A stretch of 31,029 nt of DNA from Ignavibacteriales bacterium (GCA_037441705.1 JBBIRR010000043.1:1-31029), one strand, 5' to 3'. Numbered from the stretch's first letter, positions 9,888-18,358 are shown. The notes: generated by a model not told the origin, from the sequence alone. A program made the numbers and translations.

Positions 9888-10885
9888 CAGGAACTTCTTC
9901 GTACCAACATCTCTGCGAGCCAGATGAGCGTTGCACGTGCAGGACTTTCCGGCAGAGGCGACAGCGCACGCAGTGCCCGTTCCGTGTCGCGACGGATGCG
10001 CTGGCGGGCGAAGTCGAGTGCCCCCGTGGCGCGGTAAATGGCCGTAATCCGCTTCACTTCGTCCGTGCTTGGCATGTGATGGCGCGGAGCGCTTTTCCTT
10101 TTCATCACAGCCATCAACGCTGTGCGCTGCGATCCCGTTGCGCGTTCGAGTGCCTTCAGGAGAAGGAACGTTTTCTTGCCTTCCAAAATGTCGCCGCCGA
10201 TGGTCTTGCCGAAGTTCGCCTCTTCGGCAACAACATCGAGCAGGTCGTCCTGCAGCTGAAAGGCGCGGCCCAGCAACAGCCCGAAGCGGCGGAATGCGTC
10301 GAGTTCTCGTTCCGTCCCTCCGCCGATGAGTGCGCCGAGTTCCGTGGCGGTGGAGATGAGCCGGCCGGTCTTTTGGGCGATCATCTCAAAATACTCGCGC
10401 ACGGTCACGTCGGTGCGCTGCTCGAACTCGATGTCCAACGCCTGCCCTTCGCACACCGCAATGAATCCCTCGGTGAAGATCTCGAGGGCGCGGTCGAGAT
10501 GCGGCGTGTGCGTCTGCAGCAACTGCCGGTAGGAGAATCCCAATAACACATCTCCCACGAGCAGGGCATGATTCACATTCCAACGCGTGTGCACTGTCGG
10601 TTGCCCGCGGCGTGTTGCCGCATGATCCATGATGTCGTCGTGCACAAGCGTGAAGTTGTGCATCAGTTCAACGGCAACCGCTGCATCGAGTGCGCTGCGG
10701 GCTTTGCCGCCCACCGCTTCGCAGGCAAGCAATACGAGCACCGCGCGGACGCGCTTTCCTCCTGCCGAAAGAACGTAGCGGCATGCTTCGTGGAGGTCTG
10801 CAGGACGGTTGCGCCTGATGAGTGTGCGCAAACGGCGATCGACCATTCTGCGGAGCACCTCGTAACGGCGCTGATGCACGTTCAC
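9887..10885 (-). CDS. polyprenyl synthetase, probably short-chain geranylgeranyl diphosphate synthase (IdsA/CrtE-like)
   Basis: GGKRVR, first Asp-rich motif HNFTLVHDDIMD, EGQALD, KTG and second motif FQLQDDLLD. Confidence 0.9.
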   Translation of the reverse strand: MNVHQRRYEVLRRMVDRRLRTLIRRNRPADLHEACRYVLSAGGKRVRAVLVLLACEAVGGKARSALDAAVAVELMHNFTLVHDDIMDHAATRRGQPTVHTRWNVNHALLVGDVLLGFSYRQLLQTHTPHLDRALEIFTEGFIAVCEGQALDIEFEQRTDVTVREYFEMIAQKTGRLISTATELGALIGGGTERELDAFRRFGLLLGRAFQLQDDLLDVVAEEANFGKTIGGDILEGKKTFLLLKALERATGSQRTALMAVMKRKSAPRHHMPSTDEVKRITAIYRATGALDFARQRIRRDTERALRALSPLPESPARATLIWLAEMLVRRSS

Positions 10886-11952
10886 GCGTGGCTCTCCGCA
10901 TGAGGGTGGCTGCCGCGATGAACCACCGGTGCCTGGGCAAGCGCAGCAAGGGTTGCGCTGCCGGTAAGAAACATGACTGCGCGCAGCTCAGCGACCCATT
11001 GCGCGATCAGATTGCGCAATCCTGCCGTGCCGCCCGATGTGAGTGCCTGCAGCAGAGGCCTGGCCGCTGCCGCGAGGTCGGCGCCGAGCGCGATGGATTT
11101 GGCAACGTCCATGCCCGACGCAACGCCGCCCGAAGCGATGAGGGTGAAAGGACGTGTCGGCGATTTCAAGGACGCCACCGCGCGCAGTGCCTCCGCCGTG
11201 GGAATGCCCCAGTCCCAGAATCGTGACGCGACAGCGCGATCTTTCCTGCGGAGCGTCTCCACGCCCGCCCAGCTCGTTCCGCCGGCACCGGCAACGTCGA
11301 TATAGCGAACGCCTGCATCGAGCAAACGCCGGGCAACGTCGGCCGAAATCCCCGCCCCGATTTCTTTCACGATCACCGGAACAGGAAGATGCTTCACGAG
11401 AAGTTCGATGCCTTTCAACACCCCTTTGAAATTCGGGTTGCCTTCGGGCTGGAGGAGTTCTTGAACCGGATTGAGGTGAACGGCAAATGCATCGGCCTTG
11501 ACCAAATCCACCAGGCGCTGTGCTGCGTCGGCATCGGTCATCGTTGCAACTTCGGCCGCACCGATGTTTCCGATGATCGGCGTCGAGGGGGCAACCTCGC
11601 GCACGACGCTGAACGTGCGATGGTACTGCGTGTCCTCCAGAGCCTGCCGCTGGCTGCCGACGCCCATGGCGATGCCTTGTTCCTCACACACCTCGGCAAG
11701 CCGGCGGTTGATTTTGAGCGCATCGCGATAGCCGCCTGTCATGCACGACACCATCAGTGGCGCCGCGAGAAGTTTCCCGAGAAAAAGGGTGGAGGTGGAG
11801 ATGTCCTTGTAGTTCAGTTCCGGCAATGCGTTGTGAACAAACTCGTAGCGTTCGAAACCCGTTGTCTTCGCCCTAAACCCGACGTCTCGTGTAAGTGTCA
11901 GGGCAACGTGCTGCTGCTTGCGTGATGTGGTGGTTCTGGTTCGTCCGGGCAT
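10882..11952 (-). CDS. fni: type 2 (FMN-dependent) isopentenyl-diphosphate delta-isomerase
   Basis: RKQQH, MTGG, GVGSQR, HLNPVQE..QPEG, VIVKEIG, DVAGAGGTSW and SGG motifs. Confidence 0.95.
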   Translation of the reverse strand: MPGRTRTTTSRKQQHVALTLTRDVGFRAKTTGFERYEFVHNALPELNYKDISTSTLFLGKLLAAPLMVSCMTGGYRDALKINRRLAEVCEEQGIAMGVGSQRQALEDTQYHRTFSVVREVAPSTPIIGNIGAAEVATMTDADAAQRLVDLVKADAFAVHLNPVQELLQPEGNPNFKGVLKGIELLVKHLPVPVIVKEIGAGISADVARRLLDAGVRYIDVAGAGGTSWAGVETLRRKDRAVASRFWDWGIPTAEALRAVASLKSPTRPFTLIASGGVASGMDVAKSIALGADLAAAARPLLQALTSGGTAGLRNLIAQWVAELRAVMFLTGSATLAALAQAPVVHRGSHPHAESHA

Positions 11953-12001
11953 TCGTTGTCATCGGGGATGCAGTGGATTTGCAAACAGGATTGGCACACA
12001 A

Positions 12002-12030
12002 AAGATAGGGAAAAGGTGATGGAGAAGCAA
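12002..12030 (-). promoter_or_regulatory. sigma70-type promoter for the fni operon (TTGCTT-N17-TATCTT)
   Basis: Minus-strand hexamers with a 17-nt spacer, about 50 nt upstream of the fni ATG. Confidence 0.55.
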
Positions 12031-12071
12031 CGCGCGGAAGAGTAGAGTGGCGAGGCTGGGCGAAGAGGAAC

Positions 12072-12130
12072 GGAGGAGCGGAGTGATGGGGTCGTGGAGT
12101 AGTGGAGTGATGGGTGATGGAGAGTGTGGA
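12072..12130. repeat. degenerate 8-nt tandem repeat (GGAGTGAT-like, about 7 units)
   Basis: Units GGAGGAGC, GGAGTGAT, GGGGTCGT, GGAGTAGT, GGAGTGAT, GGGTGAT and GGAGAGTGT, directly abutting the tRNA 3' end. Confidence 0.7.
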
Positions 12131-12132
12131 AG

Positions 12133-12215
12133 CGGAGAGCGAGGGATTCGAACCCCCAAGCCCTTGCGGGCGCCGGTTTTCAAGACCGGTGCAATAGCCG
12201 TTCTGCCAGCTCTCC
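12133..12215 (-). tRNA. tRNA-Ser (anticodon UGA), CCA not encoded
   Basis: Reverse complement GGAGAGCTGGCAGAACGGCTATTGCACCGGTCTTGAAAACCGGCGCCCGCAAGGGCTTGGGGGTTCGAATCCCTCGCTCTCCG. It shows the acceptor stem GGAGAGC/GCTCTCC, anticodon loop CTTGAAA, a long variable arm, T-loop TTCGAAT and discriminator G. Confidence 0.97.
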
Positions 12216-12252
12216 AATCTAAACCGTTCCACTCTTGCCCAACTGCGCAGGC

Positions 12253-12281
12253 AAGATACAAAACTCTTCGAGCGAGTGCAA
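12253..12281 (-). promoter_or_regulatory. sigma70-type promoter for tRNA-Ser (TTGCAC-N17-TATCTT)
   Basis: Minus-strand hexamers with a 17-nt spacer, about 37 nt upstream of the tRNA 5' end. Confidence 0.65.
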
Positions 12282-12296
12282 GAGAGGAGGGTGATT

Positions 12297-12716
12297 CTAT
12301 TTCCCGATCATCTGCACAACTACCGTTCGCTGGCGCGGACGATTGTCGTGATCCACCACAACAATCTGCTGCCACGTTCCTAACATCAACTCGCCGTTAC
12401 GGAACGGGATGGAAAGCGAGCACCCCATGAGTGCTGCGCGGACGTGTGAGTGTCCGTTGCCGTCGTGCCAGGTGTCGTCGTGGTGATAGCGCTGATGCTG
12501 CGGTGCAAGGCGCTCGAGCGCTTCGGGAATGTCGCGTCGCAGACCCGGCTCGAACTCCGTTGTGGTTATCGAGAGCGTCGAACCGACCACGAACACCGTT
12601 GCCAGTCCCTCGTTCAGCTTTCGTTTGCTGATCATCGCCTGCACTTTGTCGGTAACGTCTATGACTTCAGAATTGCCTTTGGTTGAGAGTGAGAATTGAT
12701 CCGTGTAGATATCCAT
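12297..12716 (-). CDS. yjbQ: YjbQ / UPF0047 family protein (secondary thiamine-phosphate synthase)
   Basis: Y.HD..WHDGNGHSHVRAAL and LGTWQQI...D.D.RPR motifs. GGAGGAAGG SD upstream. Confidence 0.9.
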   Translation of the reverse strand: MDIYTDQFSLSTKGNSEVIDVTDKVQAMISKRKLNEGLATVFVVGSTLSITTTEFEPGLRRDIPEALERLAPQHQRYHHDDTWHDGNGHSHVRAALMGCSLSIPFRNGELMLGTWQQIVVVDHDNRPRQRTVVVQMIGK

Positions 12717-12769
12717 GTACCTTCCTCCTATAGGTCAAGAGACACATTCCCTGCACAGTTTCGGTAAAC

Positions 12770-12798
12770 AACGTAGTAGATTTCCGTTCCCGTTTCAA
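12770..12798 (-). promoter_or_regulatory. sigma70-type promoter for yjbQ (TTGAAA-N17-TACGTT)
   Basis: Minus-strand hexamers with a 17-nt spacer upstream of yjbQ. Confidence 0.5.
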
Positions 12799-12859
12799 GA
12801 TTCCTTTGGCGTAGGTCGGCAGTGCATCGCGCAAGAAAGAAAAACAGTCCGGTGGGGCG

Positions 12860-12889
12860 TTGCATTCCACAAAAAAACTTATACATTTG
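12860..12889 (+). promoter_or_regulatory. promoter for the first T9SS cargo gene (TTGCAT-N16-TACATT; the -10 region also reads TACATTTG)
   Basis: Located 30 nt upstream of ATG 12920. TACATTTG also matches the Bacteroidota TAnnTTTG element. Confidence 0.5.
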
Positions 12890-12919
12890 TACGTGTCCTT
12901 TCCATCCTCTGGAGGTCCC

Positions 12920-15466
12920 ATGAGCCATCGAGTAATCTACCCCACTACTATCCTGCTGTATGCTGCTGCTCTCTTCATTGCGTTGAGTATCAGGCCGGAC
13001 AGCGATCGGAAGCCCACACTTGACTGGAAGGAACAACCCAGCGACTGGTTCTTCCGGCAGCGGGCGTATCCGCAGGGGTATATTGACCCAGAATTGCGCA
13101 AGAGGGCATGGGAACAGGCACAGCAGCTCCATGCGGCGGCGCGCATGCAGCGCGTTCCGCAATGGATTCCGCGCGGCCCCTCCAACATCGGCGGGCGAAT
13201 TACCGCAATGGCCATCAGCCAGCAGAATCCGGACATCATTTACATCGGCGCCGCCGATGGTGGCGTGCTGAAAACGACCAATGCCGGTGTGAATTGGACA
13301 GCCCTCACCGATCACTTCTTAAGTCTCTCCATGGGCGCCGTTGCCGTCGATCCGACCAACGACAACATTGTGTACGCCGGAACGGGCGAAGCAAACTCCA
13401 GCGGCGATTCATACGACGGGGTCGGGATGTTCAAATCAACCGACGGCGGGGCAACGTGGTCGAACATCGGTCTTGAACAGACTCGCCACATCGGCAAGAT
13501 TATTATTGATCCGACGAACACGAACATCATTTATGTCGCTGCAATGGGCACGCTCTACACCGGCAATAGCTGGCGCGGCGTGTACAAGTCCACCAACGCC
13601 GGCGTCTCGTGGGATCGCGTCCTGTTTATCAACGACACAACCGGAGTTGTCGATCTCGCGATCAATCCGCAGAACACAAATATCCTCTTGGCAGCAGCAT
13701 GGCAGCGCAGGCGCGGACCGCAGGGGCGTCTCTATGTTGGCGGTGTGCATACGGGCATCTACCGGACAACGGATGCAGGGACGTCGTGGACGCTTCTCAC
13801 GAACGGGTTGCCCGCTCCGGCCCCCAACGTTGGCCGGCCTGCGGTTGCAATCTCTCCGTCGCATCCTCACATTGCTTACGTTGCCTATGCCGATGATCCG
13901 GGCAACTTCTTTGGATGTTACAAGACCACCGACGGCGGCGATACGTGGGCACGGACGAACGACGGCAGCCTCTCTAATTTGTACAGCAATTTCGGTTGGT
14001 ACTTCGGAAAAATATTCGTACATCCACGCAACCCCGATAGCGTTATCGTCTTTGGCGTTACTATCGGAAAGACGTCGAACGGTGGAGCGTCGTGGACCAC
14101 GCAATCAACATCGCACGCCGATAATCACGCGCTGGTGTTTCATCCCACCGATGTTACGAAAATGTTTGTCGGTAATGACGGCGGCTTCTGCAGAACGACC
14201 AACGGCAGTGCAAGCTGGACGCGACAAACCGATCAGGACCTGTACATCACGCAGTTCTACGCCGGATGGATCAGTCATACCAATCCCAACAACCGCATGG
14301 GCGGGACGCAGGACAACGGTACGCCGCGAACAACCACCGGCGGCACAAGCAACTGGGCAAGCATCAACGGCGGCGATGGGTTCTACTGCATCATTGATTA
14401 CACCGACGGCAACTATCAGTATGCCGAATCGCAGTACGGAGCCCTTCGCAGGACGACGAACAACTGGAGCAGTTCGTCGAGCGCCACCTCCGGCTTTACG
14501 GGCCGAAAGAACTGGTCGACGCCCATCGCCATTGACCCGAACAATCCAATGGTTCTGTATGCGGGTTCACACATGCTGCACCGAAGCACAAACCGAGCAG
14601 CAAGCTGGGTGGCAATCAGTCCCGATCTGACGAATGGTGAAGTTCCCGGCTTCAGCGCGTATGCCACCATCACAACGATTGATGTGGCAAAGACCGACTC
14701 CAACGTGATCATGGTGGGGACGGATGACGGGAATGTTTGGGTAACGACGAATCTCGGCGCGAGCTGGATCGACATCAAGGCGGGGCTGCCCAATCGGTGG
14801 ATTACGAGAGTCCGCTTCGATCACACCAATCACAACATCGCATACGTTACCCTCTCCGGTTTCCGACTCGACAGCCCCCTGCCGCATATTTTCCGCACCA
14901 CCAACTTAGGACAGACATGGCAGGATATCAGCAGCAACTTGCCGGAGGCGCCAATCAATGTCGTGTTGGTAGATCCGCTGTATACGAACCGCCTTTATGT
15001 CGGTACCGACGTGGGATGCTACTTCACGACAAACACCGGCGCATCATGGCAGGCTATGGGCACGGGGCTGCCGTATTCCGCGGTGAGCGACATGCAAATC
15101 CACGCACCGACAAGGATCGCGTTGGCCTTCACGCACGGCCGCTCGATGTGGGAGATCAATCTCGACGATCTCACCGCTGTTGCAGAGAACCGCGATATTC
15201 CCGTGCGGATGGAGTTGTATCAGAATTATCCCAATCCTTTCAACCCAACGACAACGATATCGTTCACGCTTTCTCGGTCGGCGGTTGCTGCATTGCGTGT
15301 GTTCGACGTCGCAGGCCGCGAGGTTGCGACTCTGCTGCACGCGGAGTTGAACGCCGGCCATCATCGCGCGACATTCGATGCGAGCAACCTCGCCAGCGGC
15401 GTGTACTTCTATAGGCTTACAGCCGGCGAGTCGTCCCAGACTCGACGGATGTTGCTGCTGAAGTGA
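12920..15466 (+). CDS. secreted BNR/Asp-box beta-propeller protein (VPS10/sortilin-like, 'glycosyl hydrolase') with T9SS type A C-terminal sorting domain
   Basis: GGAGG SD before ATG 12920 and a signal peptide. Many S/T-T-D/N-G-G-x-T/S-W Asp boxes, plus GPSNIGGRI and GGTQDNGT motifs. Ends LYQNYPNPFNPTTTI...LASGVYFYRL...MLLLK. Confidence 0.88.
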   Translation: MSHRVIYPTTILLYAAALFIALSIRPDSDRKPTLDWKEQPSDWFFRQRAYPQGYIDPELRKRAWEQAQQLHAAARMQRVPQWIPRGPSNIGGRITAMAISQQNPDIIYIGAADGGVLKTTNAGVNWTALTDHFLSLSMGAVAVDPTNDNIVYAGTGEANSSGDSYDGVGMFKSTDGGATWSNIGLEQTRHIGKIIIDPTNTNIIYVAAMGTLYTGNSWRGVYKSTNAGVSWDRVLFINDTTGVVDLAINPQNTNILLAAAWQRRRGPQGRLYVGGVHTGIYRTTDAGTSWTLLTNGLPAPAPNVGRPAVAISPSHPHIAYVAYADDPGNFFGCYKTTDGGDTWARTNDGSLSNLYSNFGWYFGKIFVHPRNPDSVIVFGVTIGKTSNGGASWTTQSTSHADNHALVFHPTDVTKMFVGNDGGFCRTTNGSASWTRQTDQDLYITQFYAGWISHTNPNNRMGGTQDNGTPRTTTGGTSNWASINGGDGFYCIIDYTDGNYQYAESQYGALRRTTNNWSSSSSATSGFTGRKNWSTPIAIDPNNPMVLYAGSHMLHRSTNRAASWVAISPDLTNGEVPGFSAYATITTIDVAKTDSNVIMVGTDDGNVWVTTNLGASWIDIKAGLPNRWITRVRFDHTNHNIAYVTLSGFRLDSPLPHIFRTTNLGQTWQDISSNLPEAPINVVLVDPLYTNRLYVGTDVGCYFTTNTGASWQAMGTGLPYSAVSDMQIHAPTRIALAFTHGRSMWEINLDDLTAVAENRDIPVRMELYQNYPNPFNPTTTISFTLSRSAVAALRVFDVAGREVATLLHAELNAGHHRATFDASNLASGVYFYRLTAGESSQTRRMLLLK

Positions 15467-15783
15467 CCTGTCCATGACCGCGTAGGAGCCCAATCCGGGC
15501 TTCGAAAGCTCTGCGCGCCGGACGCGCACGTTGAGAAGACTCACTCTCTCGTTTACTGGAGCGTGGGAATGCCCCATCCGATTTTTCCGCGGGGGATTCT
15601 TGGACGGCAGGAGTGCGTCCTCGCCGGCGCTCCGTATGCCTTGATCGTTGAGTTCTGTCAGCGCTCCAGTTCCTCTCCCTTCTCCATTCTCTTTTCATCG
15701 CGACTGCTGCCGTGTCCATTCGCACGACTACATAGTGTGGGGGCAAAGCAACCGTTTTCTTTCACAATTCCAATGGAGGTCCC

Positions 15784-18297
15784 ATGAAACGTGTCCCTTT
15801 TCTTGTTGTCGCGTTGGTGGCCTTGAGTGTTGTGGGGCGGGGGCAGACCAATCCAACGGCTCAAGCCCTGCCATACCTACAAGACTTCGGCGGGCTGGTG
15901 CATTCATCTACAACGTATCCGGATGGATGGCAGGGTTGGAGTTTAGGTACGAGTTCAACAACATCATTTCGACTGACGGCGCCAACGGGAGATGTGAGTC
16001 TCACCGCTAACAGCAGTGCAAGTACGACGGCGGGAGGTGTTCATAATTTCGACGGGAAAATCGGCATCCTTCCGACAGGCAGTTTAGATCCATCTCTTGT
16101 TCTGTCTGTAGCAACAACCGGCGCTGCCAACGTAAAGGTGAAGTTCGATGTCATGACCATTCGGAATCCGTATAATGGCACCACGAACACGAGGATCAAT
16201 CAGGTTGACCTGCAGTATCGTGTTGGTGTCGTCGGAAACTTCGCCTCGGTGAGCGGATTGACCAACGGCGTGTATGAGAACAATACAACATTGCAAACAG
16301 GGTCAGGGGTTACGACTCCGCAGAATCTTCAGACGGTTGAGTTGACCCTTCCTTCAGCGTGCGATAATCAGCCGGTTGTTCAGCTCCGTTGGGTGCAGCG
16401 CGATTTTAGTGGATCGGGAAGCAGAGCAAGTTTTGCAGTAGATAATGTTGTGATTGGAACGCAGGCGGAAGTTACCGGCAATCCCACCGATCAGCTTGTC
16501 TGCGACGGGGACCTTGCGACCTTTTCCGCTTCGTCTGGCGGCGAGCCTCCACCGACCGTTCAATGGCAGATCAGTACAAACAGTGGCACGAACTGGAACG
16601 ACCTCAGCGGTGAAACAAACAGTTCCCTCAGTTTCGTCGCACATCTCGCGCAGAGTGGAAACCAGTACCGCGCAATCTTAACAAATGCCTTTGGAAGCGC
16701 GACAACAAATGCAGCTGCGCTGATTGTCAATGCACCTTCCGTGGGAGGGACGGCCGCGCCGGCGGACGTCACTATCTGTTCCGGCTCGTCGACAACAATC
16801 GCGCTGTCCGGGCATATGGGCACCATCCAGAAATGGCAATCTTCCACCGACGGCGGTTCTACGTGGAATGACATTGCCTCAACTGATAATCCCCTGGACA
16901 CCGGTCCGCTAACGCAGACGACGATGTTTCGTGCTGAAGTGAAAAACGGCGTGTGTGCTGCCGTGTTCTCAGCGGCGGCAAGCGTTGCTGCTGATGCTGC
17001 TTCCATCGGTGGAACCGCCACCGCAGCTGATGCTTCCGTGCCCTCCGGAACGGGTACAACGATAACGCTGACCGGCCACAACGGCGCGATCCAATGGCAA
17101 GCGTCCGCCGATGGCATCACATTCTCTGATCTTGTCGGCGAAACCGCTGCTGCCTTGGCCACCGGTGCGCTGACCGCGACCACGCACTTCCGCGCTGTGG
17201 TAACGAACGGCGTATGCCCTCCTGCAACCTCGACGGTTGCAACCGTGAGTGTCGGGTCGTCATCCGTCTTCGGCTCCATCGCCGGCACGGTGAGCCGGTC
17301 AGGCGGAGGCGCGCTGGCAGGTGTGATTGTGAAATTGTTGGATAACGCAATGCTTCCTCTCTCGGATGTTGTGACCGACAATGCAGGCGGTTACAGTTTT
17401 GCCGATCTCGCCGTCGGCAGCTACAATATCATGATCGTCGAGCCGCTCGGCTTCCTTGCCGATGCGAACCCGAAGCCGGCGAGTGTTGTTGACGCAACGC
17501 CGGTGGATGTGGATTTCACGCTCTCGCAGCTTGTTGTGTTGAACAATGCGCAAAAGCGTCCCTACTGGAAGCACCAGTTCGATGTGCACGTTAGAGGGCA
17601 CGGGAGATTTGACGAGACTGCTGCACAGCTGCAGAGCTACATTGCGCTCGTTCAGCAGCACTACACGCCCCACTTCGACATTTTCGCTTCAACGCTGAGC
17701 TTTTCGGATTGGCAGGATGCGTTGAGCAGAGATAGGAACATTCCCCCGTACATTGACAAAGCCTTGATGGAAATAGCCGCGCTTGTGATGAACCTCGCAT
17801 CGTTGAAGGTAGGCCAGTACACCGTTGTTACGGAGGATAACCGAACAGCGGGCGAGGTGCTTACGTACGTCTCCCAGCTGTTCACTGATCCTGACGCCAC
17901 GAGAAGAGACTACACGAAAGCACGAGAGCTTGCCAAGAAGGTGAACGAAGGAAAGAGAATCCGTGCAGGCGAGGTTCCGGCAAGCTCCATTCTCTACAAG
18001 GGACAAGGAATCTCGTGGGGGTTCGGTGTGCCGACGGAGTTTGCCCTGCAGAACAACTATCCCAATCCCTTCAATCCATCAACAACAATCGTGTATGACA
18101 TGCCGGTGGAGGGAAGGGCAACACTCAAAGTGTACAATGCCCTCGGTCAAGAGATTGCAACACTGGTTGATGAAACCGTGCGTGCGGGGAGATACTCCGT
18201 GGAATGGAACGCCAGTGGAATGGCAAGCGGCTCCTATTTTTGCAGGTTAGTGACCGCCGGCTTTGTGCAGACAAGGAAAATGATCTTCATCCGATGA
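15784..18297 (+). CDS. secreted multidomain protein (N-terminal beta-sandwich, Ig-like repeats, carboxypeptidase-regulatory-like domain, unknown helical domain) with T9SS C-terminal domain
   Basis: Signal peptide and an Ig-like VQWQISTNSG..W...YRAILTN domain. Two related SVGGTA/SIGGTA...WQ.S.DG...FRA.V.NGVC repeats, a GSIAGTV...TDNAGGYSF..L..GSY domain, and C-terminal LQNNYPNPFNPSTTI. Confidence 0.85.
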   Translation: MKRVPFLVVALVALSVVGRGQTNPTAQALPYLQDFGGLVHSSTTYPDGWQGWSLGTSSTTSFRLTAPTGDVSLTANSSASTTAGGVHNFDGKIGILPTGSLDPSLVLSVATTGAANVKVKFDVMTIRNPYNGTTNTRINQVDLQYRVGVVGNFASVSGLTNGVYENNTTLQTGSGVTTPQNLQTVELTLPSACDNQPVVQLRWVQRDFSGSGSRASFAVDNVVIGTQAEVTGNPTDQLVCDGDLATFSASSGGEPPPTVQWQISTNSGTNWNDLSGETNSSLSFVAHLAQSGNQYRAILTNAFGSATTNAAALIVNAPSVGGTAAPADVTICSGSSTTIALSGHMGTIQKWQSSTDGGSTWNDIASTDNPLDTGPLTQTTMFRAEVKNGVCAAVFSAAASVAADAASIGGTATAADASVPSGTGTTITLTGHNGAIQWQASADGITFSDLVGETAAALATGALTATTHFRAVVTNGVCPPATSTVATVSVGSSSVFGSIAGTVSRSGGGALAGVIVKLLDNAMLPLSDVVTDNAGGYSFADLAVGSYNIMIVEPLGFLADANPKPASVVDATPVDVDFTLSQLVVLNNAQKRPYWKHQFDVHVRGHGRFDETAAQLQSYIALVQQHYTPHFDIFASTLSFSDWQDALSRDRNIPPYIDKALMEIAALVMNLASLKVGQYTVVTEDNRTAGEVLTYVSQLFTDPDATRRDYTKARELAKKVNEGKRIRAGEVPASSILYKGQGISWGFGVPTEFALQNNYPNPFNPSTTIVYDMPVEGRATLKVYNALGQEIATLVDETVRAGRYSVEWNASGMASGSYFCRLVTAGFVQTRKMIFIR

Positions 18298-18330
18298 ACG
18301 GACCGGTCTGCAGCGATGTGCCTGCTCGCA

Positions 18331-18358
18331 ATGGGACGCTCTGCATTGGGCGTCCCAT
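18331..18358 (+). terminator. strong hairpin after the 837-aa T9SS gene (terminator or mRNA stabiliser)
   Basis: ATGGGACGCTC-TGCATT-GGGCGTCCCAT, an 11-bp stem with one G-U pair. No clean U-tract follows. Confidence 0.45.

Noticed and set aside
12133-12215. Possible selenocysteine or suppressor tRNA because of 'TGA'
   Set aside because: UGA is the anticodon (it reads UCA, Ser). tRNA-Sec would have anticodon UCA and an extended acceptor stem.
11873-12430. Several ORFs spanning the tRNA region
   Set aside because: They translate through tRNA-Ser and the octamer repeat, which explain the sequence.
13341-14630. 429-aa alternative-frame ORF inside the first BNR gene
   Set aside because: The Arg/Pro/Thr/Ser-rich off-frame translation is typical of GC-rich coding DNA. 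It has no SD or domain evidence.
15735-15760. GGCAAAGCAACC resembling a c-di-GMP-I riboswitch fragment
   Set aside because: The required GGCAAAC...GAAA...GACGCAAAGC two-stem arrangement is not present.
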